A model generated the notes under the pieces. It did not search any database and had not been told where the DNA came from. It saw nothing but the letters and a program-made list of their open reading frames with translations. Positions 30,009 to 42,917 of a stretch of 64,000 bases of DNA are shown here, piece after piece (within the stretch, counting starts at the first letter, position 1; the number at the start of each line of letters is the position of its first letter). Origin of the DNA: an uncultured Acidobacteriota bacterium. GTDB taxonomy: Bacteria; Acidobacteriota; Terriglobia; UBA7540. The position numbers and the translations under genes were made by a program. The stretch lies in assembly GCA_963804995.1 (NCBI GenBank), contig CAWDSK010000003.1, positions 1,088,001-1,152,000 of the forward strand, in the 5' to 3' direction.

Positions 30009-30944
30009 TCACAAACCCCAACCGATATAGGGCTCCGAGGTGGCGTTCAAGATCAGAAGGTCCGGCTCTTTGAGCGTTACCCGGCTGTAGGGCGCCACGG
30101 AGTGGGTCAACCACACGTTTCCACCAATCACGCTGTGGTGGCCGATGCGGGTCTTCCCTCCCAAAATGGTCGCGCTCGGGTAGACCGTGACATGATCCTC
30201 CAGCTCAGGATGACGCTTGTTTCCGTGCCCGCGCCGCAGTTGCCCCTCTTCATCCTTGGAGAGGGGATTGAACGCCCCCAACGTCACGCCATGATAGAGC
30301 GTCACCTTGTTTCCGATGATGGAGGTTTCGCCGATGACCACGCCCGTCCCATGATCGATAAAAAACGACTCGCCGATGGTAGCGCCGGGATGGATGTCAA
30401 TACCCGTGTGGCTGTGGGCCACTTCGGTCATCATGCGGGGAATAAAGGGCACATCGAGAAGGTAAAGCTGGTGGGCCAGGCGCTGCACCGTGATGGCCTC
30501 AATGTAAGGGTAAGCCAGCAGAATTTCCTCATGGCTCGACGCCGCGGGGTCGTTGTGATACGCCGCTTCGATGTCGGTAGCCAGCAGGCGGGCCAGTTCC
30601 GGCAATCGTGCGAAGAGCTTCTGGAGAATCTCGTCCGTGCGACGCTCGAGGTCCGCGGCTGCGGCTTTACCTGTCCGACGGCAGTCAAAACGTACGGCGC
30701 TGCAAATCTGCCCCGCCAACAGAGCTTCAATCTCGGGCAGGAAGGGACCTGAGTCCATTTCCGTATTTCCCGGCTCTTCGAGCAGGAAGTAGACGGGAAA
30801 GAGGATTTCCAAATACCGCCGGCAGATCAGAGTTATGGCATCGCGGCTGGGCAGTTTGAACTCGCTGCGATCGTCCCCGGCAACCTGCGCGTCAAGCGCC
30901 GCCCGGAATTCCTGCGCGAGGCATTGCATTTCGTCTTTGCTCAT
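30009..30944 (-). CDS. cysE: Serine O-acetyltransferase
   Basis: DPAA, GIDIHPGATIGESFFIDHGTGVVIGET, KRHP. Confidence 0.92.
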   Translation of the reverse strand: MSKDEMQCLAQEFRAALDAQVAGDDRSEFKLPSRDAITLICRRYLEILFPVYFLLEEPGNTEMDSGPFLPEIEALLAGQICSAVRFDCRRTGKAAAADLERRTDEILQKLFARLPELARLLATDIEAAYHNDPAASSHEEILLAYPYIEAITVQRLAHQLYLLDVPFIPRMMTEVAHSHTGIDIHPGATIGESFFIDHGTGVVIGETSIIGNKVTLYHGVTLGAFNPLSKDEEGQLRRGHGNKRHPELEDHVTVYPSATILGGKTRIGHHSVIGGNVWLTHSVAPYSRVTLKEPDLLILNATSEPYIGWGL

Positions 30945-31120
30945 GGTTATGGCTCCCTAGGTGGCAGGCGCCAGGCGTCAGGAAAGGCCGAAATTCGAAA
31001 ATCGAAATTCGAAACTCGTAAGCTCCCCTGCTCCCCGACGAGGGGACGCAGTGCGAGGGCGAATTTCGAGTTTCGAATTTCGAGTTTCGACTCCGTCAAC
31101 TGACACCCAGCGCCTACCGC

Positions 31121-32077
31121 TCATCCAATCCCTTCAAAAAGCACAGTAGAAAGATAGCGCTCACCGGAGTCCGGCAAAATGGTGACAATGGTTCTTCCGG
31201 CGAATTCCTTCTGTTTCGCCAGGCGCACCGCCACTGCCGCCGCGGCCCCGCAGGAGATACCACTCAGGATTCCCTCCTCGCGCGCCAGTCGCCGGGCGAA
31301 CTCGATGGCCTCGTCATTGGAGACCTGCTCGATGCGGTCCACCACGGAGAGGTCCAGAACCTTGGGCACGAACCCCGCGCCAATTCCCTGAATCTTGTGC
31401 GGCGCAGGCTTCAGCGGCTGGCCCGCCAGTGTCTGCGTGAGCACCGGACTGTCCGTGGGCTCGACACCAACGGAGAGAATCCGCTTCCCTTTGGTATTCT
31501 TGATGAAGCGCGAAATGCCCGTGATGGTGCCCCCCGTACCCACGCCAGAAACCAGCACATCGATCGCGCCATCGGTATCGTTCCAGATTTCGGGGCCCGT
31601 AGTCTTTTCGTGAATCGCGGGGTTCGCGGGATTCTCAAACTGCTGGGGAAGGAAATAGTGGGCGTGGTCGGAATCAGCAATTTCCTGCGCGCGCTTGATG
31701 GCGCCCGGCATGCCTTCCGGACCCGGCGTCAGAACGAGTTTTGCGCCGAAGGCCGCCAGCACGCGCCGCCGCTCAAGCGACATGGTCTCCGGCATGGTGA
31801 GCGTCAAATTATAGCCACGCGCCGCCGCCACAAAAGCCAGCGCAATGCCCGTGTTGCCACTGGTGGGCTCGATAATCTCCATACCCGGCTTCAACACGCC
31901 ACGCCTCTCTGCATCCCACACCATCGCGGCGCCGATGCGGTCCTTCACGGAGTATGCCGGACCACGTCCTTCAATCTTGGCCAGGATGGTGGCCTGCGTT
32001 CCTGCGGCCAGCCGGGTCAGGCGCACCAGCGGCGTCTTGCCTATACTGGCGGCGTTGTCGTCATATATGTTGCTCAT
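31121..32077 (-). CDS. cysK: Cysteine synthase A
   Basis: [47 protein letters not shown]. Confidence 0.95.
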   Translation of the reverse strand: MSNIYDDNAASIGKTPLVRLTRLAAGTQATILAKIEGRGPAYSVKDRIGAAMVWDAERRGVLKPGMEIIEPTSGNTGIALAFVAAARGYNLTLTMPETMSLERRRVLAAFGAKLVLTPGPEGMPGAIKRAQEIADSDHAHYFLPQQFENPANPAIHEKTTGPEIWNDTDGAIDVLVSGVGTGGTITGISRFIKNTKGKRILSVGVEPTDSPVLTQTLAGQPLKPAPHKIQGIGAGFVPKVLDLSVVDRIEQVSNDEAIEFARRLAREEGILSGISCGAAAAVAVRLAKQKEFAGRTIVTILPDSGERYLSTVLFEGIG

Positions 32078-32477
32078 CTAATTTCCTCCAGGTCGAGTGT
32101 GCAATGAACAGTTCTTCATGTCCCAATTGGGTACGTGTGCCGTGGCGAGGAAACCGCCTATCTTCGGAATTATGGAATGTTCCGACGAAGAACCGCGGAC
32201 CCCAAAGACGGGGGACCGCGCTACGCTTGCTACTGCTCGTGGCATGGCTATCCTGGCCATGACGGCTCACGGGCGGGAGAAGCTGTGAAAAAATCCCACC
32301 AAACCTTTCACCGCGGAGACGCGGAGGCGCAGAGGTTTGAAAACAAAGGGTGATTTCTCTGCGTCTCAGCGTCTCAGCGGTGAAAATGGTATTTTTTCAC
32401 AGTTTCGGACGCCCGTGGCACAGCCGGCGGGATGCCCGCACTGTACTTCCTAACCACTCACCACTATCCACTGCTCC

Positions 32478-33651
32478 TCAATACTTCGGCACCGAGGAAT
32501 CAACCTGGTCTGACCACGCCAGGATTCCACCCTTCAAGTTATGGATCTTCCGGAACCCGGACTTCATCAGCAGGTCCACGGCCTTGGCGCTGCGCCCGCC
32601 GGATTTGCAATGCACCACGATTTCATCCGCAGAGTCCAGCTCGTTCATGCGCTTGGGCACTTCTCCCAGCGGAATGAGCTTCGAGCCCGGGATGCGGCAA
32701 ATCTGGTATTCGTGCGGCTCACGCACATCAATCAGGACGAAGGGTTTCTTCTCGTCCATCATCTTCTTCACGTCCACCGGAGTAATTTCCGGAATGCCGG
32801 TTTGCACTGGAGTATGCTCCTCGCCGCGAATGCCGCAGAACTGCTCGTAATCGATCAGCTTGGTGATCGTCCGATGCGTCCCGCAGATCGGGCAATCGGG
32901 GTTCTTACGAAGTTTGAGCTCACGAAACTTCATGCCCAATGCATCAAAGAGCAGCAGGCGTCCGATCAGCGGGTCGCCCTTGCCCAGAATCAGCTTGATG
33001 GTTTCCATGGCCTGGATGCAGCCCACAATGCCGGGCAGCACGCCCAACACGCCACCCTCGGCGCAACTCGGGACCAGTCCGGGCGGAGGCGGCTCCGGAT
33101 ACAGGCAGCGGTAGCAGGGGCCTTCCTTGGCGTAGAAGATGGAGGCCTGGCCTTCAAAGCGGAAAATGCTGCCGTAAACATTCGGCTTGTCCAGCAGCAC
33201 GCAGGCGTCGTTTACCAGATATCGCGTGGGAAAATTATCCGTGCCGTCCGCCACGATATCGAATTCCCGGAAAATATCCAGGGCGTTATCGCTCGAACAG
33301 GCGCGTCTCAAAAGTCTCGATTTCGATGTGCGGATTGATTTCCAGCAGCGTGTCGCGGGCGGAATCGAGCTTGGGCCGGCCCACGTCGCTGGTGCCATGG
33401 ATGACCTGCCGTTGCAGGTTGGTGAAATCCACCACGTCAAAATCCACGATGCCGATCTTGCCCACACCTGCGGCCCCCAGGTATAGCGCCAAGGGCGAGC
33501 CCAGGCCACCGGCGCCGATGCAAAGCACCTTGGCCTGCTTCAGCTTCAGTTGGCCCTCCATGCCCACTTCCGGCATGATCAAGTGGCGGCTGTAGCGCAG
33601 GATTTCGTCTTTGCTTAGCTGTGCGGCTTGAATCATTGTCGCTGTACTCAT
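32478..33651 (-). CDS. moeB: MoeB/MoeZ E1-like adenylyltransferase with rhodanese domain; one-base frameshift at 33296-33297
   Basis: RYSRHLIMPEVG, GAGGLGSP, NLQRQ, CYRC, CPIC, rhodanese HCKSGGRS; removing one base restores ETRLSSDNAL. Confidence 0.9.
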
Positions 33652-33816
33652 TTCCAATCCTTCTCTTGGGAATCTCGTTTCTTATCCCCGGCCAACTGTT
33701 CAAAGTGCAAGAGACGGCATCAACCTATCAGCCGCCTGCCAAAAATCTTTAGGGGGTCTCGGGTGGGATGTGCCCGGGATTCGCCACCCCCGGCCCAGCG
33801 GGGATGGGAGCCCAGG

Positions 33817-34116
33817 CTAGCTACAGATGCAACATAGGTCCGCGCCACCGGCAATGGAAGGCACGATGCTGATCACATCGTTGTTGTTGAGAGGAGTTTG
33901 TTCCTTTTGCAGGAATCGGATGTCTTCGTCGCCCACGTAGATGTTCACAAAGCTGCGCAACTTGCCTTCGTCGTTGTAGAGGTGCTTGCGCAAGTCGCCG
34001 TATAGCGCAGTGATGGCGCCAAGCGCCTCCGCCACGGTCTTCGCTTCCACCTCCAGCGACTCCTTCTTCTCCGCGTATTGCCGCAACGGAGTCGGGATGA
34101 TCACCTTAACTGCCAT
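33817..34116 (-). CDS. MoaD/ThiS/CysO-type ubiquitin-like sulfur carrier with an 8-aa extension after Gly-Gly
   Basis: IPTPLR, FVNIYVGDEDIRFL, IVPSIAGG-ADLCCICS. Confidence 0.9.
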   Translation of the reverse strand: MAVKVIIPTPLRQYAEKKESLEVEAKTVAEALGAITALYGDLRKHLYNDEGKLRSFVNIYVGDEDIRFLQKEQTPLNNNDVISIVPSIAGGADLCCICS

Positions 34117-34133
34117 TCTTTCTCCTCAATGAC

Positions 34134-34607
34134 TCAATCACCCATCATAATTGTTTCTGCCCCAAAGGCCGACCGGTCTTCCGCCAACACCCAACTGGTT
34201 AAATCCTTCGGAGCGCCCTGCTCAACAGCAATTATAACATAAGAATACCACGGCCAGGCATGGTCGCGATCGTAATTCGAGGGCCGCGCCGGATGATCGG
34301 GGTGCGAGTGGTAGTAGCCCAGCACGTCAAGCCCCTGCGCCCGCGCGTCCTTTTCCACGTGTAACTGGTCAAGCGGGTCGATCAGGAAGCGGTTCTCCTC
34401 TGTCTCCTTGCCCAGATCATCTACCGGCAAAAGCTCCTGCGCGCGGTTGGGATCGTGTCGCAGGTTCTTAAGTGGGACAACCTCCGTCACCTGCTTCAAG
34501 TCGCCATCCGCCTTGCCGAGCAACATGCCGCAGCACTCGCTGGGATAGTCGCGCGCGGAATGCTGCCGGATCGATTCCAAATGCCCTTTGTTTAGTCGGA
34601 GAGACAT
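34134..34607 (-). CDS. JAMM/Mov34 (M67) metallopeptidase, Mec-like
   Basis: YPSECCGMLLG, YHSHPDHPARPSNYD. Confidence 0.92.
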   Translation of the reverse strand: MSLRLNKGHLESIRQHSARDYPSECCGMLLGKADGDLKQVTEVVPLKNLRHDPNRAQELLPVDDLGKETEENRFLIDPLDQLHVEKDARAQGLDVLGYYHSHPDHPARPSNYDRDHAWPWYSYVIIAVEQGAPKDLTSWVLAEDRSAFGAETIMMGD

Positions 34608-34758
34608 AGGCCTATCTGATCATCGGGTCATCGGGCCATCGGGTCATTGAAAAACCAGATCAACGGGTTATCGTGTCATCGGATCATTGGTTCATTGAAT
34701 CGCCGATTGTCGATTGCTTGAATCCTTCAATGGCCAGATGACCCGATGGCGCGATCCC

Positions 34759-34985
34759 TTAGCGTCGTGTCTCAGAAGTTCGCTGATTATTAGAGAACCC
34801 CCTCACCCGTCCCGCCCCGGCTGATGAAAACGCCGGTGGCGGTCCACCCTCTCCCCCAAAGGGGCGAGGGCGACAAATTCAGATTAACTCTCCCCTCGCC
34901 CCTTTGGGGGAGAGGGGCCGGGGGGAGGGGGTCGCCTTTGAACCCAGTGAGACTTTGTCAGCGAACTTCCGATTCAGGACATTAG
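34759..34985. mobile_element. Miniature inverted-repeat-bounded element carrying CCCTCACCC/CCCTCTCCC palindromes
   Basis: ...GAAGTTCGCTGA and TCAGCGAACTTC... ends; right end overlaps the cysM stop codon. Confidence 0.55.
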
Positions 34986-35938
34986 CTCCCTTCATCCCAG
35001 AACCGCTCGCTCAAATACTTGTCGCCGCTGTCGGGGAAGATGGTCACCACCACGCCCCTGGTCAACCGGTTCGCCACCGTCAGTGCGGCCACCATGGCGG
35101 CGCCCGCCGAGACTCCCACCAGCAACCCTTCTTCACGAGCCAGCCGCAGCGTCATGCGGTGGGCGTCTTCGGTCGACATTTCCAAGTTCTCATCCGCGAC
35201 GCTCGGATCGTATATGCCGGGCTTGATGGCGGTGGCCATGTGCTTCATGCCTTCCAGACCGTGGAAAGGTGAATCCGGCTGAAACGAAATGCAGCGAATG
35301 CGCGGGTCAAGCTCCTTCAGCCGCCGGGCCGTACCGATGAACGTGCCGCTGGTGCCGAGCCCGGCCACAAAGTGCGTCACCCCGCCTTCCGTCTGCTCGT
35401 ATATTTCGGGAGCGGTGGTCAGGTAATGCGCGCCCCAGTTGGCGGGGTTGTCGTACTGATTGGCGTAAAAATAGAGCTCAGGATTTTCCTTGGCCAGGGC
35501 GCGGACCCGGCGGATCGCCCCATCCGAGCCTTCCATGGGGTCGGTATAAACGATTTCCGCCCCGTAAGCTTTCAGAATGCGTTTGCGCTCCTGGCTCACA
35601 TTCGACGGCATGCAGAGCTTCACGCGGTAGCCCTTGGCGGCGCAAATCATGGCGTAGGCAATGCCCGTGTTGCCGGAGGTTGAGTCGATCAGGACTTTGT
35701 CGTGCGACATCAGCCCGGCGTTTTCGGCCTCGCGGATGATATTGAGCGCCGGACGGTCTTTCACCGAGCCGCCAGGATTCTCCCACTCGGCCTTGGCGTA
35801 GATTTCGACGGAGGGTGAGGCGGGGCGAATGCGCGCGAAGCATACCAATCGCGTGTTCCCTACCAGCGACAGTACATCCGCCGCGCCGCGGGAAGTAGCT
35901 GGATTTTCAGTGGTTGCTGCCCTTGCGTTTTTTGCCAT
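34982..35938 (-). CDS. cysM: Cysteine synthase B family PLP enzyme (CysM-like)
   Basis: NPGGSVKDR, DSTSGNTG, GLGTSGT, GLEGMKHM, PDSGDKYLS. Confidence 0.88.
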   Translation of the reverse strand: MAKNARAATTENPATSRGAADVLSLVGNTRLVCFARIRPASPSVEIYAKAEWENPGGSVKDRPALNIIREAENAGLMSHDKVLIDSTSGNTGIAYAMICAAKGYRVKLCMPSNVSQERKRILKAYGAEIVYTDPMEGSDGAIRRVRALAKENPELYFYANQYDNPANWGAHYLTTAPEIYEQTEGGVTHFVAGLGTSGTFIGTARRLKELDPRIRCISFQPDSPFHGLEGMKHMATAIKPGIYDPSVADENLEMSTEDAHRMTLRLAREEGLLVGVSAGAAMVAALTVANRLTRGVVVTIFPDSGDKYLSERFWDEGS

Positions 35939-35956
35939 CAGTGCACTAGACTTTCC

Positions 35957-35986
35957 ATTTTAGGGGTTGGTTCACAGAAGTGTCAA
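35957..35986 (-). promoter_or_regulatory. Sigma70 promoter for cysM
   Basis: TTGACA-N18-TAAAAT, 18 nt before ATG. Confidence 0.65.
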
Positions 35987-36058
35987 CGGCGGCGTGCTCC
36001 GCCCCTGGGGTCCCAAGGCCAGAAACTAAGGCATAGAGAATTCCACGGGCCCCGACTT

Positions 36059-36268
36059 CTAGTGTGGTGTCCCGGTTAATATTTGACAAGGCTGTCCGAC
36101 CCCCTCACCCCCCAGCCCCTCTCCCCCAAAGGGGCGAGGGGAGAGTTAATTTTCTTGCCCTCGCCCCTTTGGGGGAGAGGGTGGCTGGCCGAGGCGTTCT
36201 CATCAGCCGAGGCCAGACGGGTGAGGGGGTTTACCCATTGTCAACTCTAACACGGGACACCACACTAG
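36059..36268. mobile_element. Miniature element with 16-bp perfect terminal inverted repeats
   Basis: CTAGTGTGGTGTCCCG ... CGGGACACCACACTAG enclosing CCCTCACCC-family palindromes. Confidence 0.65.
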
Positions 36269-36288
36269 TATGTAGATGGGAACCACAC

Positions 36289-36694
36289 ATGGCAAATGAA
36301 TCCGCAACCCTGCAGGACGTTCCGCAAGCAATTTGAGCAGGCAGGCTTCATCGTCGCAGACGCCAGTGCGCCACCGGGCTCCATCGAAGTGAAAAAATCG
36401 AATTGCGTCACCTACCTCGAGCAGACAAACGGCCTATGGGTGCGCTCCGGCCCACCTTACTTCATCGTGCACGGCATCAATTGTGAGCTGGAAGACCGTG
36501 GCTATCAAAAGTTCTGGTTTTCAAAGACTGAGGGGAAGCGTTTTCCTATCCGCAAAGTCGATCTCGAAACCCTCCGCCACTTTGACGAAGAAATCCGCTA
36601 TATCCTGGGACAGAAGAGCCTCTACAACGAATCTCTTGGCTCGACGAACGCCCGCACCGTATACGACCGCCTGACCGGCCGCCCCGACCGTTAG
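36289..36694 (+). CDS. Hypothetical protein; either starts at 36296 or has a one-base frameshift near 36320
   Basis: Globular-looking 132-aa ORF; MANESATLQDV joins RKQFEQAGF if one base is removed. Confidence 0.6.
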
Positions 36695-37267
36695 CGCACC
36701 TCCACCCTAATTGGGAAACGCAACTTCACATGCGACCACACCGCACGCTTCTCTCGCGCCGGATAAGTGGAATGGTCCACTGCGGGGAAACCCAAAAGGG
36801 CGAATGGCCCGGCGCGTCGCAAAAATCTACGGCGCGCCGGGCCACCCCAGTCGAGTCAAGGGTGTGTTTTGGTTCGAGCAGTGGATAAGAGTAGGTGAGT
36901 GCAGGCTGATCATGCGGCAATACCTGCCTTTTATTTACCGCAGTCTACGACATGACCTATTTACTCCTCTTACACGTGCATGTCAAGACAATTCTTTTGA
37001 GCCGAATCCTTGCCCGCAATTCTCACCACGGGCAAGCGAGCCGAAGTTTGGAGTGCGGCGACTCGTCGCCGCTTTCCAACGCCGCGACTCGTCGCGGCGA
37101 ATCACTCAGCGCTGACGAGTCAGCGCTAGAAAAAGCGGGAGCAAGCTCCCGCACTCCGAAATTTGCCTCCGCGCGCCCGGACAAGCGGTTCGATCGTGGC
37201 GGGCGCGGAAACCATCAGAAAGGGCCTTTAACGACGGGGGTTAACCCCCGCCCTTCCAAAGCCGTGA

Positions 37268-39187
<1,920 letters not shown>

Positions 39188-39237
39188 TGAGAATTGCGGG
39201 CTAAAATATCGTAGGGTGAAAGTGACAGTTTTACCGG

Positions 39238-39273
39238 AAAAAGAAACCGGGGCTGGAAGGAATCAAGCCCCGG
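39238..39273 (-). terminator. Intrinsic terminator downstream of glnA
   Basis: CCGGGGCT / AGCCCCGG stem then TTTCTTTTT on the minus strand. Confidence 0.6.
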
Positions 39274-39416
39274 CGTTTGTCGTAAGGCCTTCCATCTCGG
39301 CTTTACCCACAATGCCCTAAAAACTGGCCGGCAGGAGGAAATATCACCGAGTATGCCTAAAGCGGGCAAAATTCTTATGGCGTTCCGTTAACTAATTGAA
39401 AGCACGCCACTTAACA

Positions 39417-40826
39417 TTAAATGTCGTAATACAGCGCGAACTCATACGGGTGCGGGCGCGTGTTCACCGCCTGCACTTCGTTCTTCATCTTGTAATCGAT
39501 CCAGGTTTCGATAAGTTCCTCACTGAAGACGTCGCCCTTCAACAGGAAGTCGTGGTCCTTTTCGAGCGCGCGCAGCGACTCCTCAAGCGAGCCCGGCATG
39601 GACGGCACGCTCTTCATTTCCTCCGGCCCGAGGTCGTAGATATCCTTATCCAGCGGCTCTCCGGGGTCAATCTTGTTTTCGACTCCATCCAGCCCTGCCA
39701 TCAGCATCGCGGCAAAAGCCAAGTAGGGATTACAAGAAGGATCCGGCGGCCGGTATTCCACACGTTTGGCCTTGGGATTCGCCGAGTACATGGGAATGCG
39801 GCAGGCCGCACTGCGGTTCCGGCGCGAGTAAGCCAGATTCACCGGCGCCTCATATCCCGGCACCAGGCGTTTGTAGGAATTGGTGGTCGGAGCAATCAGC
39901 GCGGCGAGCGCTGGCGAGTGCTTCAGCAGCCCGCCGATGTAATGCAGCGCCATCTGACTTAGGCCCGCGTATTTGTCTCCGGCAAAGAGCGGCTTGCCCT
40001 CTTTCCAGAGGCTCTGGTGCGTGTGCATGCCGGAGCCGTTGTCCTGATAGATTGGCTTGGGCATGAAGGTCACCGTCTTGCCGTACTGGTGCGCCACATT
40101 GCGGATGCAGTATTTGTAAATCATCATCCCATCCGCGGATTTGAGCAAAGCATTGAAGCGCTGGTCGATTTCCGATTGGCCGCCCGTCGCCACCTCGTGG
40201 TGATGACACTCGATATCGAGTCCGGACTTCTCCATCACCAAAACCATTTCGGTGCGCAAGTCCTGGTAATGATCGGTGGGCGGGACCGGGAAGTAACCCT
40301 CTTTGTAGCGCGGCCGGTAGCCCAGGTTGTCTTTCTCACGGCCCGAGTTCCAGCGGCCTTCCTCGGCGTCGATGAAGTAGAAGCCGTGCTGTTGCGCCTG
40401 GTCGAAGCGCACGTTGTCAAAAATGAAGAATTCGGCTTCCGCCCCGAAGTATGCCGTATCGGCGATGCCCGTATAGGCAAGGTAGTTCTCAGCCTTCTTG
40501 GCAATGTGGCGGGGGTCCTTGATGTAATGCTGCTTGGTTACGGGATCGCTGATGTCACCGATCATGACCAGGGTTGGAGTGTCGGTGAAAGGATCGAGCA
40601 TGTACCAGCTCGGATCGGGAATCAGCAGCATATCGCTTTCATGGATGGCCGCCCAACCGCGAATGCTGGAGCCGTCCATTCCGAAACCTTCTTCAAAGGA
40701 TTTCTCCTTCAACTCATGGATCGGAAACGAAATGTGATGCCAGAGACCGGGAAGGTCGGTGAAGCGAATGTCCACAATCTTGACGTTGTTAGCAGCGGCA
40801 AACTCTAAGACCGCTTTCGGGTTCAT
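39417..40826 (-). CDS. glnA: Type I glutamine synthetase
   Basis: [58 protein letters not shown] adenylylation loop. Confidence 0.97.
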   Translation of the reverse strand: MNPKAVLEFAAANNVKIVDIRFTDLPGLWHHISFPIHELKEKSFEEGFGMDGSSIRGWAAIHESDMLLIPDPSWYMLDPFTDTPTLVMIGDISDPVTKQHYIKDPRHIAKKAENYLAYTGIADTAYFGAEAEFFIFDNVRFDQAQQHGFYFIDAEEGRWNSGREKDNLGYRPRYKEGYFPVPPTDHYQDLRTEMVLVMEKSGLDIECHHHEVATGGQSEIDQRFNALLKSADGMMIYKYCIRNVAHQYGKTVTFMPKPIYQDNGSGMHTHQSLWKEGKPLFAGDKYAGLSQMALHYIGGLLKHSPALAALIAPTTNSYKRLVPGYEAPVNLAYSRRNRSAACRIPMYSANPKAKRVEYRPPDPSCNPYLAFAAMLMAGLDGVENKIDPGEPLDKDIYDLGPEEMKSVPSMPGSLEESLRALEKDHDFLLKGDVFSEELIETWIDYKMKNEVQAVNTRPHPYEFALYYDI

Positions 40827-40898
40827 ACTCCCTCCATAAAAGATATTTTTATCCCTGATTAAGGTTCCTTATGCAGGCTGTATTGCGTCTAGACAGTC

Positions 40899-40927
40899 AA
40901 CATATCCCCCACACGCGTTTTAGTCAA
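40899..40927 (-). promoter_or_regulatory. Sigma70 promoter for glnA
   Basis: TTGACT-N17-TATGTT. Confidence 0.55.
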
Positions 40928-41060
40928 GCCCCATGGAAGCCGCATTTCTAGAGGCTGCGCAAGGCCTACATTGCGGAGAGCGGCGTATTGACCGGATTCA
41001 CGGGCGGCGGGTGGACGTGAACTCGCCGCGGTGCGAAAAATATTTTGCCGCTTGCCCGAT

Positions 41061-42512
41061 TTACGGCGATCCGAGCGGACCCACGCGGGTGTAACGCGCA
41101 TTTTCGGTATGGCACCCGGTGACCGTCCCGTCGGCGGAAACGTCGAAAGTAATCTTCTCACCGAATTGGCCGGCCGAGAACGCTCCTCCCGAGCGCATCA
41201 AAAAGACCCGGGGCTGGTCCGTCGCTTCCAGAATCGTCCGCGTACTGTAAGGGTTCAGATCGTCCGGCAGGAGCATGGACAGTTGCCCATCCAGGATGGC
41301 TACTATCTCGGTCGCGTGATTCTTCCCGCGGTAAGTTCCCGCGAAGCGTTTGGCCTCCTCACTGAGCGGCGGCGGTTCATGGCGTTGTGCCTTGGCAACA
41401 ACGGGAGCCAGCAGTCCCAGAGCGTATTCGGAGTAGCTTAGCGGATCAATTTCATCGCAGTTGGTGAGAACGATCACGCCCAGTTTAAGCGCCGGGTAAA
41501 ACTGGATATTCGTCCGCTGTCCGGGTACAGATCCTCCATGCCCCACGCGCACGTAACCGTCGACGTGCCGGATGGCCATGCCCAATCCCCAGGCGTTTTG
41601 CCAATCCGGCAGCAGCCACTGGACCTGATGCATTTCGTGCAGCGTGCGGCCGGAGAGGACAGGCGAATCCCCGCCGCTGCCCTCCGCCATGTGGAAGGCC
41701 ACGTACTTGGCAAGGTCTTCTACGTTCGAAGCCATTGAGCCCGCCGGAGCGACAGGCCCGTTGGGCATTTTATCGGCGGGCACCAGCGCGCCACCCGGTT
41801 CAGCCCGGACATAGCCAATCGCCAGGCCTGGTTCATCGAAACGCGGAAGCGGGCGGGTGCTGTGCATTCCCAGCGGCCGCAGGATGTGCTGTTCCACGTA
41901 TGCGTCCCAAGGCTCCTTGGATTCAGCAGCCACCACCTTGCCGAGCAAAGCAAATGCCAGGTTCGAATACTTCCACTGCGTGGCAGGATCATAAGACTGT
42001 TCAAACGGCCCTTCCATATTGGCGTCGGTTGCGAATATTCCGTCTGTCCACACCGTGCCCGGAATATCGCGCTGCAACCCTGAGGTGTGTGTGATGAGCT
42101 CGCGAATCGTGACCTCAGGCGCGCCGGGTGAATTCCGCTGAATGTGCACGCCGCTCAAGTGCCGACCGAGCGGATCATTCAATTGCAGCTTGCCGGCATC
42201 GCGCAGCTCGAGGATCGCGACGGCGGTAAAAGTCTTGGTAATCGAGCCAATCCGGTAAAGGGTCTGGGGAGTGGCGGGGATTTTCTTGTCGAGGTCGGCG
42301 AAACCGTAACCTTTCGCCCACACCAGGCGATCGCCGAGCACCACACCAATCGAAAGACCCGGCTGATTCCGGCTCGCCACGCGGTAGCCGGTCCAAGCGT
42401 CAAGCAAACCCAGCGCGTCCCTGAATCCCGGAGGCTCCTGGGCGACGGCAGAGTTCGCCGCGAAGAGGATGGCCATCACCGCGACGAGGAGTGAGGTGGC
42501 GGTGCGTCTCAT
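41061..42512 (-). CDS. Exported serine hydrolase, beta-lactamase (class C-like) fold
   Basis: Signal peptide; SITK, LITHTSG, YSN, HGG. Confidence 0.9.
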   Translation of the reverse strand: MRRTATSLLVAVMAILFAANSAVAQEPPGFRDALGLLDAWTGYRVASRNQPGLSIGVVLGDRLVWAKGYGFADLDKKIPATPQTLYRIGSITKTFTAVAILELRDAGKLQLNDPLGRHLSGVHIQRNSPGAPEVTIRELITHTSGLQRDIPGTVWTDGIFATDANMEGPFEQSYDPATQWKYSNLAFALLGKVVAAESKEPWDAYVEQHILRPLGMHSTRPLPRFDEPGLAIGYVRAEPGGALVPADKMPNGPVAPAGSMASNVEDLAKYVAFHMAEGSGGDSPVLSGRTLHEMHQVQWLLPDWQNAWGLGMAIRHVDGYVRVGHGGSVPGQRTNIQFYPALKLGVIVLTNCDEIDPLSYSEYALGLLAPVVAKAQRHEPPPLSEEAKRFAGTYRGKNHATEIVAILDGQLSMLLPDDLNPYSTRTILEATDQPRVFLMRSGGAFSAGQFGEKITFDVSADGTVTGCHTENARYTRVGPLGSP

Positions 42513-42849
42513 CAAGTACCTCTGTTCGCAAGATTGTCTTCTCAACTTGTCGGATGAACAGGAGATCATGGAATTGTTCTCCTCGGCTTTATATTTTATG
42601 CAACGCGACGTAGATTGTAGCGCCGATTACTGGGGTGTTGTGGGTTAGTTGTAATGGCGCTTCCCAATCAGATAGGAGAAGGTCGCGAAGCCCCCTCGCT
42701 GAAACGTGGGGGTGTCGGCCCTGGGCCGGCGGGTGCCAGGAGTTGGCCGAAAACCACCACCCTATCCGGAAACCACCACCGGGCCAGCCTGTCGTTTTAC
42801 CGCCCTATCCCGAACCGCATGAATCCACGACATTTCGGACCCTGTGCTT

Positions 42850-42865
42850 TGGCATGGCACTTGCC
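42850..42865 (+). promoter_or_regulatory. Sigma54 -24/-12 promoter
   Basis: TGGCAT-GGCAC-TTGCC, GG-N10-GC, ~50 nt before ATG. Confidence 0.6.
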
Positions 42866-42917
42866 TTAATAGAGGTTGCAGTTTGGCTAGAAGCATTGAG
42901 GATTCGAGGAGGATCAA

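Noticed and set aside
33286..33300. Programmed frameshifting or true pseudogenes for moeB, creatininase, ferredoxin and PilZ
   Set aside because: No slippery sequences, no other decay, and all lie at one motif; sequencing error is more parsimonious.
32478..34607. CBASS/Bil-type ubiquitin-like antiphage system
   Set aside because: No E2 or cyclase; the E1 has a rhodanese domain and the neighbours are cysteine synthases.
34800..34860. Hammerhead ribozyme in CTGATGA-containing repeats
   Set aside because: CTGATGA sits in a simple hairpin loop with no stem II-GAAA or three-way junction.
39188..39273. Class IIC intron insertion after a terminator
   Set aside because: The hairpin is ~50 nt from the junction and the RT N-terminus is not IIC-like; the inverted-repeat target with a 6-nt EBS1 explains the site better.
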